Positions 39,661 to 48,827 of a stretch of DNA of 64,000 nt are shown piece by piece. The notes under the pieces are model-generated. The model was not told the origin of the DNA. It did not search any database and saw only the letters and a list, made by a program, of their open reading frames with translations. The translations under genes were made by a program, and so were the position numbers. Location of the stretch: positions 10,897-74,896 of the forward strand of contig CAZKIU010000015.1 of assembly GCA_964552955.1 (NCBI GenBank), written 5' to 3'. How positions within the stretch are numbered: the first letter of the stretch is position 1; every line of letters begins with the position of its first letter. Source of the stretch: an uncultured Prolixibacteraceae bacterium (GTDB lineage: Bacteria; Bacteroidota; Bacteroidia; Bacteroidales; Prolixibacteraceae).

Positions 39661-40209
39661 ATGAAGGTGATGCTACGCATATTAGTACTGGTCATGGCCC
39701 CCCTGGCCGCTTCGGCAGCCCCTGCCAAGGGGCTCGATGGCCATTCCATCGCCGGCCTTCTGATGGCCCTGACCCTGCCCATAGCCCTCTATTTCTTCAT
39801 CCGCTGGCTCAAAAACCGGGGCAAAACCCCTTCAGGAAAAATAAAGAGCGCCCAAAAGAGAAAATACACCATCGCCCTGGAGAAAAATAAACTGTACTAT
39901 CCTGATTATCTTCTTCTCAAGGTCACCAACAGTGGAAATTGTGATGTCGACCTCGACCGCCCCCTCCTGACCTTCAGCAATATATGGTTGAAGCGCAACT
40001 TCCGGATCAAGGGGACTAACCTCTACCATTTTTACCCTGTACTCCTGGAGCCAGGTAAAACGCATGAATTCACCATTGATCTGGCCCCATTTTACCGTTA
40101 TGACCGCCGGCTGATAAGATTTCCCAGGGTAACGGTATCGGTCCGTGAGGTCGGGTCCAGGCGGGCGGTCTCACAAAGTGTGATGCTCCGGAAAACCCTG
40201 TTACGCTGA
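39661..40209 (+). CDS. Hypothetical small membrane protein
   Basis: Signal-like segment plus one TM helix, then a beta-rich domain of about 120 aa. Its stop lies 2 nt before the pullulanase ATG. Confidence 0.55.
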   Translation: MKVMLRILVLVMAPLAASAAPAKGLDGHSIAGLLMALTLPIALYFFIRWLKNRGKTPSGKIKSAQKRKYTIALEKNKLYYPDYLLLKVTNSGNCDVDLDRPLLTFSNIWLKRNFRIKGTNLYHFYPVLLEPGKTHEFTIDLAPFYRYDRRLIRFPRVTVSVREVGSRRAVSQSVMLRKTLLR

Positions 40210-40211
40210 CC

Positions 40212-42149
40212 ATGAGGAACTGGCACTTCAACCATATCGATTTCTCGACCTATCCCCATTATACAAAGGGGGATCTGGGGGTGAGCCGTACAACGGAGAA
40301 GACGCATTTCCGGCTGTGGGCCCCCACGGCCAGGATGGTGGACCTGAGGCTTTACGCAGAGGGAAAGGGAGGAAAGCCGGTGAAGGTCATCGCCATGGAG
40401 CGATCAGAAGGAGGTACCTGGTACCATGAGGAACCCTGTGACCTGGAAGGGGTCTATTATACTTTCCAGGTCAACGACGGAGAGTGGCTCCATGAGGGTC
40501 CCGGTCCTTACGCCCGGGCCGTGGGCGTCAATGGCCACAGGGGAATGGTGGTCGACCTGGCATCGACCAACCCACCGGGGTGGGATAAGGACAAAGGTCC
40601 CCGGCTCAGGGCTTTCACCGACTGGATCATCTACGAAACCCATGTCAGGGATTTCTCAATCTCCCCCTGTTCAGGCATCCGGCATAAAGGAAAATACCTG
40701 GGATTTACGGAAGAAGATACGACCACTCCTTCCGGAGAAAAAACGGGGCTCTCCTATCTCCAGGAGCTGGGCATTACCCATGTTCATCTATTGCCTGTCA
40801 ATGATTTTCAGACCGTAGACGAGGAGTTTCCGGCGCTGAAATACAACTGGGGGTATGATCCCCAGAACTTTAATGCCCCGGAGGGGTCCTATGCCACGGA
40901 TCCCAATGACGGGCGGGTTCGCATCAGGGAACTGAAGATGCTGGTGAAAGCCCTCCATGACCACGGCATCGGGGTCATCCTCGACGTGGTCTACAACCAT
41001 ACCTGGCTCACCAAAGGGTCGGTCTTCAACCAGACGGTCCCGGGCTATTACTACCGCCAGAACCCTGATGGTTCTTTTTCCAATGCGTCGGGTTGCGGCA
41101 ATGAGATCGCCACTGAGCGCTTCATGGTGCGTAAATTCATCATCGACTCGCTGAAATACTGGATCCGGGAGTATCATATCGACGGATTCCGTTTTGATCT
41201 GATGGGGATTTTTGACAATGAGACCATGCGGCATATCCGTTATGAAATAGACAAGAAGGATCCGGGGATTTTCCTTTATGGGGAGGGGTGGACGGGGGGT
41301 CCATCGCCGATGCCGGAATTCCGGAGGGCCGTAAAGAAAAACATCTCTCATCTGCCGGGAATCGCTGCCTTTTGCGACGATATGCGGGATGCACTCAAGG
41401 GGAACCATGGTCATAAGGGGAGTCTGGGTTTTGTCAGCGGGCTGGCCTTGCGGGAGGAGGCGATAAAGTTTGCGGTGGTGGGAGCCACCTGGCACCCCCA
41501 GATCGTTTACAGTTATGTGGAGAGCTCTCCGGAGCCGTGGGCTGCCGAGCCCTCCCAGTGCATCAATTATGTAGCCTGCCACGACAATTACACCCTCTAT
41601 GACAAGCTGGCGATGAGCCGCCCCGGGGCCTCTGACGAAGAACTCCGTCAGATGGTGAAACTGGCCGGGGCAGTGATCCTCACCTCCCAGGGGGTTCCCT
41701 TTCTCCATGCGGGCATGGAATTCTGCCGCTCTAAGGAGGGCCATGGCAACTCCTACCAGTCTTCCGACATCATCAACCAGATCGACTGGTGTGACCGCCG
41801 GACCTATGCCGACGTCAACGACTATTACTTCCGCCTGATCAGACTGCGCCGGAACCACCCCCTTTTCAGAATCAGCCAGGCCGAGCTCATCCGCAAAAAC
41901 CTCTCCTTCTGCATCAAATACAAGGTGGGCGTGGTCACCTATTGTCTCAAAGGAAAAAATACAGGCGACAGTTGGGAACAGGCCATCGTGATTTTCAACG
42001 GCAACAGGGAGGAAGTCAGGGTGGAGGTTCCATTGCAGAAGTTCAGGATCATTGCCCGCGGGGAGCATATCGACGAGTTGTCGGCCGAGACCACCGAAGG
42101 AGGAGAGGTGGCGGTACCCCCCGTCTCCATGATGCTACTGGCCCGCTGA
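40212..42149 (+). CDS. pulA: Type I pullulanase (GH13), no signal peptide
   Basis: GH13 regions I-IV are intact (DVVYNHT, GFRFDLMG, YGEGW, YVACHDN). N-terminal CBM48-like part. YNWGYDP pullulanase block. Confidence 0.9.
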   Translation: MRNWHFNHIDFSTYPHYTKGDLGVSRTTEKTHFRLWAPTARMVDLRLYAEGKGGKPVKVIAMERSEGGTWYHEEPCDLEGVYYTFQVNDGEWLHEGPGPYARAVGVNGHRGMVVDLASTNPPGWDKDKGPRLRAFTDWIIYETHVRDFSISPCSGIRHKGKYLGFTEEDTTTPSGEKTGLSYLQELGITHVHLLPVNDFQTVDEEFPALKYNWGYDPQNFNAPEGSYATDPNDGRVRIRELKMLVKALHDHGIGVILDVVYNHTWLTKGSVFNQTVPGYYYRQNPDGSFSNASGCGNEIATERFMVRKFIIDSLKYWIREYHIDGFRFDLMGIFDNETMRHIRYEIDKKDPGIFLYGEGWTGGPSPMPEFRRAVKKNISHLPGIAAFCDDMRDALKGNHGHKGSLGFVSGLALREEAIKFAVVGATWHPQIVYSYVESSPEPWAAEPSQCINYVACHDNYTLYDKLAMSRPGASDEELRQMVKLAGAVILTSQGVPFLHAGMEFCRSKEGHGNSYQSSDIINQIDWCDRRTYADVNDYYFRLIRLRRNHPLFRISQAELIRKNLSFCIKYKVGVVTYCLKGKNTGDSWEQAIVIFNGNREEVRVEVPLQKFRIIARGEHIDELSAETTEGGEVAVPPVSMMLLAR

Positions 42150-42292
42150 TCTGTTGGAGGCTGCCATCAGTCAGTGCGTACGTTTCCTGATCATGTCATC
42201 ATGAAAAGTCAAGCCCGCTGATCAGAAAGGGGCTTTCCGTAGGTTCTGCAGGCTTATCCTGACCCCTTCACTTTGAGTCAACTGTCCACTGA

Positions 42293-43513
42293 TCAGAACG
42301 CCGCCAGCAAAAGGTCGATATCCTTGACCGGAAGATTGAACTGATCGCCCACATCCTTACTGGTAAGAATGCCCCGGTAGAGGTAAACCCCTTTGCGGAA
42401 GCCACGTGACGATTTGATATAGTGGTCGATGCCGCCGTTTTCGCCGATGGCGAGCAGCTCAGGGATAAGGATATTGCTCAGTGAGATGGAAGCAGTTCGG
42501 GCGACGAGGGAGGGAATGTTGGGCACGCAGTAATGGACTACCCCTTTGTTCCGGAAGACCGGGTTATTGAGGTCGGTAAGGTGTGACGTCTCAAAGCATC
42601 CGCCCTGGCTGGCATTCAGGTCGATGATGATAGCGCCCTCCTTGACATGACGGACCATCTCAGCAGTGACCCTGAAGGCCGGTGTTTCGTTGAAAGGCTG
42701 GGCCCCCACGACGGCATCGGCCGAAAGGAGGGCTTTTTTCAGCACCTTGGGGTAAAACACCGAGGTGAAGATCTGCCGGCCCAGTTTCTCCTCCAGGCGG
42801 CTGAGCCGCTCTACCGATGTGTCGAAAACCTTCACGATGATCCCCAGTCCGAGGGCCGCACGGGCCGCAAACTCAGCCGCCGTACCCGAACCAATGATCA
42901 CCAGCTCTGCCGGTGTGATCCCTGTGACATTGCCGAAGAGCACCCCCTTGCCTCCTCTTGAATTGCTCAGATATTCACTGGCAATGGTGATGGAGGTGAT
43001 CCCCGATATCTGGCTCATCTGATGCACAAAGGGAAGGAACCCCTCCTCATTTTCAAGGTATTCATAGGCGATGCAGGTCATCTTTTTCTGCATGAGCTTC
43101 TCAATGGACTCAGAGCAGTGCGACTGGAGTTGCATATTGGAGATGATGACCTGTCCTCCTCTGAGCATTCCTGTTTCCTCCGCATCAAAGGGGGCCACCC
43201 TCAGGATGATGTCGCACTGCATCACCTCTTCTCTTTTTTCCACGATCCTGGCTCCGGCTTCGGAGTATTCCTTGTCGCTATAGCTGGCCTGTCGGCCGGC
43301 ACCCGTCTCCATCCAGATCTCATGGCCGTGCGATACCAGCAGGTCAACGGCCTGGGGCGTCAGGGGAACCCTGTATTCCACCTTATGAAGATCGGAGGGA
43401 ATACCTATAACAATTTTCTTCTCCCGCTGCCGCAACTCCAGCATCTCCTCGCGGGGCAACAGCATACTCCCGGAAATCGGCATCCCTGTTCTGATTTTCT
43501 CTTTTCCTGTCAT
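42293..43513 (-). CDS. ald: Alanine dehydrogenase family protein
   Basis: AlaDH/PNT N-terminal and NAD-binding domains (VIIGSGTAAEFAARAA Rossmann motif). Start set at the MTGKEKI ATG (43513). Confidence 0.8.
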   Translation of the reverse strand: MTGKEKIRTGMPISGSMLLPREEMLELRQREKKIVIGIPSDLHKVEYRVPLTPQAVDLLVSHGHEIWMETGAGRQASYSDKEYSEAGARIVEKREEVMQCDIILRVAPFDAEETGMLRGGQVIISNMQLQSHCSESIEKLMQKKMTCIAYEYLENEEGFLPFVHQMSQISGITSITIASEYLSNSRGGKGVLFGNVTGITPAELVIIGSGTAAEFAARAALGLGIIVKVFDTSVERLSRLEEKLGRQIFTSVFYPKVLKKALLSADAVVGAQPFNETPAFRVTAEMVRHVKEGAIIIDLNASQGGCFETSHLTDLNNPVFRNKGVVHYCVPNIPSLVARTASISLSNILIPELLAIGENGGIDHYIKSSRGFRKGVYLYRGILTSKDVGDQFNLPVKDIDLLLAAF

Positions 43514-43613
43514 GATATCAGCTTCTGTTCGCCTCTGAAAGTTACATCCAAATGGTGACTTTTCAAAATGATCAGCGGGAGGGTCAGAGAACCCCGGGCG
43601 GCCCTGTCCGGCA

Positions 43614-44042
43614 TCATGCTTCCACAGCCCGCGCCCTGAGCCGGCGGGTCCCTTCACTCTCTTCTTCCAGAATCACCTCCGTATGGGGTGAGGGTAATAA
43701 CCCGGCGACCTTCTCGGGCCACTCAATCAGGCAGTAATGGCCACTGTAGAAATAATCCTCATACCCCAGGTCATACACTTCGGAAAGTGCTTTCAGCCGG
43801 TAGAAATCAAAATGAAAAAGGGAGTCCCCGGAATGGGTATGGTACTCGTTGATGATGGCAAAGGTCGGACTGGTGACGATGTCCTCCGAGCCGAGGAGCA
43901 GGCAGACCTCCCGTATGAAAGTGGTTTTTCCGGCCCCCATGGAACCGTAGAAGGCAAAAACCCGTTCGTCAGGAAAAGCCCTGATCAGCTCGGCGGCAGC
44001 CTCTGGCAGCTCCCGCAGGGTCAAATGGTTTCTCTCAAACAT
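43614..44042 (-). CDS. tsaE: tRNA threonylcarbamoyladenosine biosynthesis protein TsaE
   Basis: P-loop GSMGAGKTTF and the SPTF...HFDFYRL pattern. Start set at the MFERNH ATG. Confidence 0.9.
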   Translation of the reverse strand: MFERNHLTLRELPEAAAELIRAFPDERVFAFYGSMGAGKTTFIREVCLLLGSEDIVTSPTFAIINEYHTHSGDSLFHFDFYRLKALSEVYDLGYEDYFYSGHYCLIEWPEKVAGLLPSPHTEVILEEESEGTRRLRARAVEA

Positions 44043-44112
44043 TGATAGTGGTTTGATGCAATAATACAAAAATATGGTTAATTTTACCACAAAAATTAAT
44101 TAGCAATCGATT

Positions 44113-44493
44113 ATGAAAATTCCTGAAAATCTGAAATTTACCCGTGATCATGAATGGATTCGCGTTCAGGGGGAAATGGCCGTTGTCGGCATTACCGATT
44201 TCGCACAGGGAGAATTGGGCGATGTGGTTTTCGTAGAAATTGAGACCGAAGGGGAGAGCCTGGAGAAGGGGGAGATTTTTGGAACCGTGGAGGCCGTCAA
44301 GACGGTATCAGACCTTTTCATGCCGGTATCTGGCGAGGTCATGGAAATCAACGAGGCCCTTACTACTCATCCTGAGTTGGTCAATAAGGATCCTTACGGT
44401 GAGGGATGGATGATAAAAGTGAAAATGACGGATGAGGGAGATCTGGCAGAATTGCTGACGCCCGACGCCTACCGTCAGATGATAGAGGCATAA
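44113..44493 (+). CDS. gcvH: Glycine cleavage system protein H
   Basis: Lipoyl-lysine block (VEAVKTVSDL). 126 aa. Confidence 0.96.
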   Translation: MKIPENLKFTRDHEWIRVQGEMAVVGITDFAQGELGDVVFVEIETEGESLEKGEIFGTVEAVKTVSDLFMPVSGEVMEINEALTTHPELVNKDPYGEGWMIKVKMTDEGDLAELLTPDAYRQMIEA

Positions 44494-44496
44494 AAA

Positions 44497-44524
44497 AACG
44501 CCCCGGCTCTCCGGGGCGTTTTTG
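44497..44524. terminator. Bidirectional intrinsic terminator between gcvH and nrdJ
   Basis: AACGCCCCGG-CTCT-CCGGGGCGTT is flanked by an A-run upstream and a T-run downstream, so it works on both strands. Confidence 0.85.
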
Positions 44525-44546
44525 TTGATTAACAAACCCTAACTTA

Positions 44547-47102
44547 TTATCCGCATTTAGACGATCCACACGACATACAGACCAGGCATCCTTCCTGGTA
44601 AACGACTTCATTAGATCCACATTCGCCGCAATGGGCATCTTCGGCCACGGTGCCGTTGGGGATGTATTTCTTGAGGGCCCTGGCCACACCAGCCTTCCAT
44701 GAATTGATGGTTTCATTGTCGAGCTGAAGACTGGTTACCAGTTCCACTACCTTATGGATGGGCATTCCGTGGCGGAGCACCCCGGAAATCAGCTTGGCAT
44801 AATTCCAGTAAACAGGATTAAACTTGTAGGAGAGTCCTTCTATGGTCGTTTTATACCCCCGTTTGTTGATATACTGGAAGTCATAACGGGAAGTCTCATC
44901 GTCTTCCCAGTTTTTAATGATATAACCCTTGGTGACCGAACGGGGCAGCAGGATGCCATCTTCATCATCGCTCAGACCGGTAAAGATCTCATAGGGCATA
45001 TTTTCGATCAGTCCGATAAAGGCCACCCAGTTATCTTTGTTGTTTCTGAACCTGACCACATCAGCCTCAAGGATTTCAGGTCTTTTGGTGGGGAAACCCG
45101 CGGGTTTCTTTTTATCCTCTTTTTTATCGGAAATGAGAACCCCCGACCGGGAGCCGTCACGGTAAACGGTCACCCCCTTGCAACCGCTTTTCCAGGCTTC
45201 AAAGAAGAGTTTTCCTACCAGTTCTTCAGACACATGTGACGGCAGGTTGATAGTGACGCTGATGGAATGGTCGACCCATTTCTGGATCCGCCCCTGCATA
45301 TGAACCTTAGCAACCCAGTCGACATCATTGGAGGTGGCCTGGTAGTAGGGCGAACGGCTCACCAGTTCGTCGAGTTCTTCCTGGGAGTACTTTCTGGTCA
45401 CATCATGGCCGTTGACTTCCATCCAGGTCTTGAATTTATGATGGAAGACGGTATATTCCTCCCAATGGTCTCCTACTTCATCGATAAAGTCGACCCTGAC
45501 ATCTTTGTCATTGGGGTTGACTTTACGGCGGCGGCGGTAAACGGGCATGAAGACCGGTTCGATTCCCGAGGTGGTCTGGGTCATCAGGCTGGTCGTTCCC
45601 GTGGGTGCAATGGTGAGCAGGGCAATATTACGCCGGCCAAAGCGGGTCATCTCCTCGTACAACCCGGGATCTGCGACCCTGATCCGGCGAATCAGAGGGT
45701 TGTTTTTCTCCCGCTCGGTACTGTAGATGGCAAAGGCCCCCCTGTCGGCAGCCAGGTGCACCGAAGAACGGTAGGCCTCCAGGGCAACCGTCTTGTGGAC
45801 CTCCTCCGAGAAATCGGTGGCATCCTCGCTGCCATATTTCAGGCCGAGGGCCGCCAGCATATCCCCTTCAGCGGTGATGCCGATACCGGTACGCCTTCCT
45901 TCTTCCGCCTTCCTGCGGATGTTAAGCCACAAATTCCGCTCTACCAGCTTGATCTCATCGCTTTCCGGGTCATCTTGAATCTTCTGAAGAATGGCATCGA
46001 TCTTCTCAAGTTCCAGATCGATGATATCGTCCATCATGCGCTGAGCCACATGAATGTGCTGTTTGAAAAGTTTGAAGTCAAAACGCGCCTCCTGCGTGAA
46101 GGGTTTATCCACATAGGAATAGAGGTTGATGGCGATCAGACGGCAACTGTCATATGGACAGAGGGGTATTTCCCCGCAGGGGTTGGTGGAAACGGTGCGG
46201 TAGCCCAAATCGGCATAACAGTCAGGGATCGACTCCCTGATAATAGTATCCCAGAAAAGAATGCCGGGTTCCGCCGATTTCCAGGCATTATGGACAATCT
46301 TTTTCCAGAGATCGCCGGCGTTGATCTCCTGGCTGTAGAGGACATTTTCGCCGGAGATGGGGTAATGCTGAACATAATTCTCCCCACTGCTGACGGCCTG
46401 CATGAAATCGTCATGGAGTTTCACCGACACATTAGCCCCGGTGACCTTTCCCTGCTCCAGCTTGGCATCGATGAATTTTTCGGCATCGGGATGCTTGATA
46501 GAGACCGAGAGCATCAGCGCCCCGCGCCGCCCATCCTGGGCGACCTCACGGGTCGAATTGGAATAACGCTCCATAAAGGGCACGATCCCCGTGGAGGTAA
46601 GGGCAGAATTCTTGACCGGTGATCCTTTGGGACGGATATGAGAGAGGTCGTGCCCTACGCCTCCCCGCCGCTTCATCAGTTGTACCTGTTCCTGGTCCAC
46701 CTTCATAATGCCACCGTAAGAATCAGAATTGCCGTTGTTCCCCACCACAAAGCAATTGGAAAGGGAGGCAACCTGAAAATTGTTGCCAATACCCGTCATC
46801 GGCCCCCCCTGGGGAACGATATATTTGAAGTCCTTCAGCGTATGGTAAATCTGCCTCGCTGAAAGGGGATGGGGGTATTTCTGCTCCATCCGGGCCATCT
46901 CCCGCGCCAGCCGCCAGTGCATATCGTCGGGCGTCAACTCGTAAATATTCCCGTAGGAATCCTTCAACGCATACTTGTTGACCCACACCCTGGCAGCCAG
47001 ATCATCACCCTTAAAATAACGCAACGAAGCCTGGTAAGCTTCCTCCTGGGAATATGTCTTCACAGCCGCCGGGGCCTCAACAACCTCTTCTTTTTCTGAC
47101 AT
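44547..47102 (-). CDS. nrdJ: Adenosylcobalamin-dependent (class II) ribonucleotide reductase
   Basis: RNR barrel with the NPCGEIPL active-site loop, an N-terminal block typical of monomeric class II enzymes, and a C-terminal Cys-rich tail (CGECGS...CLVCMSCGSSKCG). Confidence 0.9.
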   Translation of the reverse strand: MSEKEEVVEAPAAVKTYSQEEAYQASLRYFKGDDLAARVWVNKYALKDSYGNIYELTPDDMHWRLAREMARMEQKYPHPLSARQIYHTLKDFKYIVPQGGPMTGIGNNFQVASLSNCFVVGNNGNSDSYGGIMKVDQEQVQLMKRRGGVGHDLSHIRPKGSPVKNSALTSTGIVPFMERYSNSTREVAQDGRRGALMLSVSIKHPDAEKFIDAKLEQGKVTGANVSVKLHDDFMQAVSSGENYVQHYPISGENVLYSQEINAGDLWKKIVHNAWKSAEPGILFWDTIIRESIPDCYADLGYRTVSTNPCGEIPLCPYDSCRLIAINLYSYVDKPFTQEARFDFKLFKQHIHVAQRMMDDIIDLELEKIDAILQKIQDDPESDEIKLVERNLWLNIRRKAEEGRRTGIGITAEGDMLAALGLKYGSEDATDFSEEVHKTVALEAYRSSVHLAADRGAFAIYSTEREKNNPLIRRIRVADPGLYEEMTRFGRRNIALLTIAPTGTTSLMTQTTSGIEPVFMPVYRRRRKVNPNDKDVRVDFIDEVGDHWEEYTVFHHKFKTWMEVNGHDVTRKYSQEELDELVSRSPYYQATSNDVDWVAKVHMQGRIQKWVDHSISVTINLPSHVSEELVGKLFFEAWKSGCKGVTVYRDGSRSGVLISDKKEDKKKPAGFPTKRPEILEADVVRFRNNKDNWVAFIGLIENMPYEIFTGLSDDEDGILLPRSVTKGYIIKNWEDDETSRYDFQYINKRGYKTTIEGLSYKFNPVYWNYAKLISGVLRHGMPIHKVVELVTSLQLDNETINSWKAGVARALKKYIPNGTVAEDAHCGECGSNEVVYQEGCLVCMSCGSSKCG

Positions 47103-47240
47103 GGCAAAATAATATTATGGTTTGAAAGTCACTTCTCCTATTAATCTCCTGTATTTCCGTCCAAAACCGTTTTTTCATAGCGTCCGGTTTTCATACTGCA
47201 AGATATAGCTGACGCTTTAATTTTGGAAATCTTTTTAAAT

Positions 47241-47248
47241 CAAAAATA
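47241..47248 (-). promoter_or_regulatory. Candidate -7 promoter box (TATTTTTG) for nrdJ
   Basis: Minus-strand TAnnTTTG match about 140 nt upstream of the nrdJ ATG. It overlaps an 11-bp perfect inverted repeat (47246-47270). Confidence 0.3.
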
Positions 47249-47394
47249 AAAAAGTTATCAACTTTTTTATGTTAGTTGACTGATTTACTGCTTTTTATGA
47301 TTTTCTCCGGATCGAAAAGTTGACAAAAACGGGAATTTCCCATATAAAATTCACGGCGATTTGCCAAACAAAAAAGAGACTTTCCGGCGAAGAA

Positions 47395-48669
47395 TTATGA
47401 GTCAGTTTCCAACAACCCCTCACGGGTTTTTGGGAATTCAGGGAAGACAGTAGTGAGGATTTTATGGGTAGCGCCGAGGTTATTTTTGACATAGGAAGAA
47501 GCGGTCAGGCGGGCTTTTTGCATTGTCTCCGGAAGGGAGGTGAGTCCGGAAAGCCTGGCCATAAAGGCTTCGGTAGTGGTGATAGGAAATGCAGCACCCA
47601 ATTCGGTCAGTTGAACAGCTTCCCTGAATTTAGTGTAGTTGGGGCCGAAGAAGAGAGGGAGACCATAGGTCGCTGCTTCCAGAATATTGTGAATTCCTAC
47701 CCCGAATCCCCCTCCGATATAAGCGATGGTTCCATATTGATAGATCGAGGAGAGGAGCCCCACCGAATCGATGACCAGCACATCGAACTGGTCAATATTG
47801 GAGGTATTGGCCTGGCTATAAAGAAGGGAAGGAGTTTTCAACATCCTGGTGAGCCTGTTGATATTGGCAGGGGTGACCTCATGTGGGGCGATGATGAATT
47901 TCCATCCCCTGGAGGCCTCAATAAATGGCACAAGGAGTTCTTCATCTGGTTTCCAGGTACTTCCGGCTACCAGCAGCAGCTTACCAGCGCAAAACTTTTC
48001 AACAAGGGGCAGGGGTTGTGAACTTTTTGACAGGGTAGCCACCCGGTCAAAGCGGGTATCTCCGGTCACGGTGCATTGGTTGATATCAACGCTGCGGAGC
48101 AGAAGGGCCGAGGCTTCATCCTGCACAAAGAGATGCGTGAAACCGGCCAGCACCTGCCGGTACCAACAGCCCCAGGGCGACTCCTCAAAAAAGGATTGGT
48201 TTTTCCGGAAGATGCCCGAAACCAGGTAAACAGGAATCCCCGCCTCATGGAGGGTATTGAGGTGATGAAACCAGAATTCATATTTAACAAAGAAGACCGC
48301 TTCGGGCTGAAGCAGGTCAGCAAAAATGCGGGCATTGCGGCGGGTATCGAAGGGGAGATAAGTGACGATATCGGCCAGGGGGTAGTTTTTACGGATCTCA
48401 TACCCTGAGGGGGAGAAAAAGGTCAGGGCGATCTTCAGCGCAGGGAGCTCTTTCCGCAGTGCTTCGATGAGGGGCCGGCCCTGTTCGAATTCGCCCAGCG
48501 AAGCACAATGGACCCATACATACTTTTCGCCGGGGAGCCGCTTTTGACGGAGCTGTTCCTGCCAGTTCCTTCTCCCGGCCACCATCTGCCTGGCCTTCAG
48601 ATGAAATGGTGCGGCTGCCCTGATGGCCAGATGGTAGAAGAAGAGGGCAATATCATAGAGTAAAGTCAT
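47395..48669 (-). CDS. waaA: 3-deoxy-D-manno-octulosonic acid (Kdo) transferase
   Basis: N-terminal membrane-associated helix. Blocks WVHCASLGEFEQGRPLI and a GT-B C-terminal domain (GGSF/GGGFG-like, HNILEAA). ATG at 48669 is preferred over the TTG at 48690. Confidence 0.88.
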   Translation of the reverse strand: MTLLYDIALFFYHLAIRAAAPFHLKARQMVAGRRNWQEQLRQKRLPGEKYVWVHCASLGEFEQGRPLIEALRKELPALKIALTFFSPSGYEIRKNYPLADIVTYLPFDTRRNARIFADLLQPEAVFFVKYEFWFHHLNTLHEAGIPVYLVSGIFRKNQSFFEESPWGCWYRQVLAGFTHLFVQDEASALLLRSVDINQCTVTGDTRFDRVATLSKSSQPLPLVEKFCAGKLLLVAGSTWKPDEELLVPFIEASRGWKFIIAPHEVTPANINRLTRMLKTPSLLYSQANTSNIDQFDVLVIDSVGLLSSIYQYGTIAYIGGGFGVGIHNILEAATYGLPLFFGPNYTKFREAVQLTELGAAFPITTTEAFMARLSGLTSLPETMQKARLTASSYVKNNLGATHKILTTVFPEFPKTREGLLETDS

Positions 48670-48827
48670 AGCCGGTTGATTTGAGTGCAAAATAATAAAG
48701 AATAATGCAAATTGTGTCTGTCAAAGCGGAGGGAATGGCGGGAATCTGAAGAAGGGGGCCCTGCCGGCGCCCTGAGGGAGGTCAACCTGCAGCGAATCGA
48801 TTATCTTTGCACCTCTCAAGTGTTGCG

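Noticed and set aside
47196-47211. NrdR-box-like sequence (CTGCAAGATATAGCTG) upstream of nrdJ
   Set aside because: It is not palindromic like the NrdR consensus (acaCwAtATaTwgtgt), and no second box is present at the usual spacing of about 31 bp.
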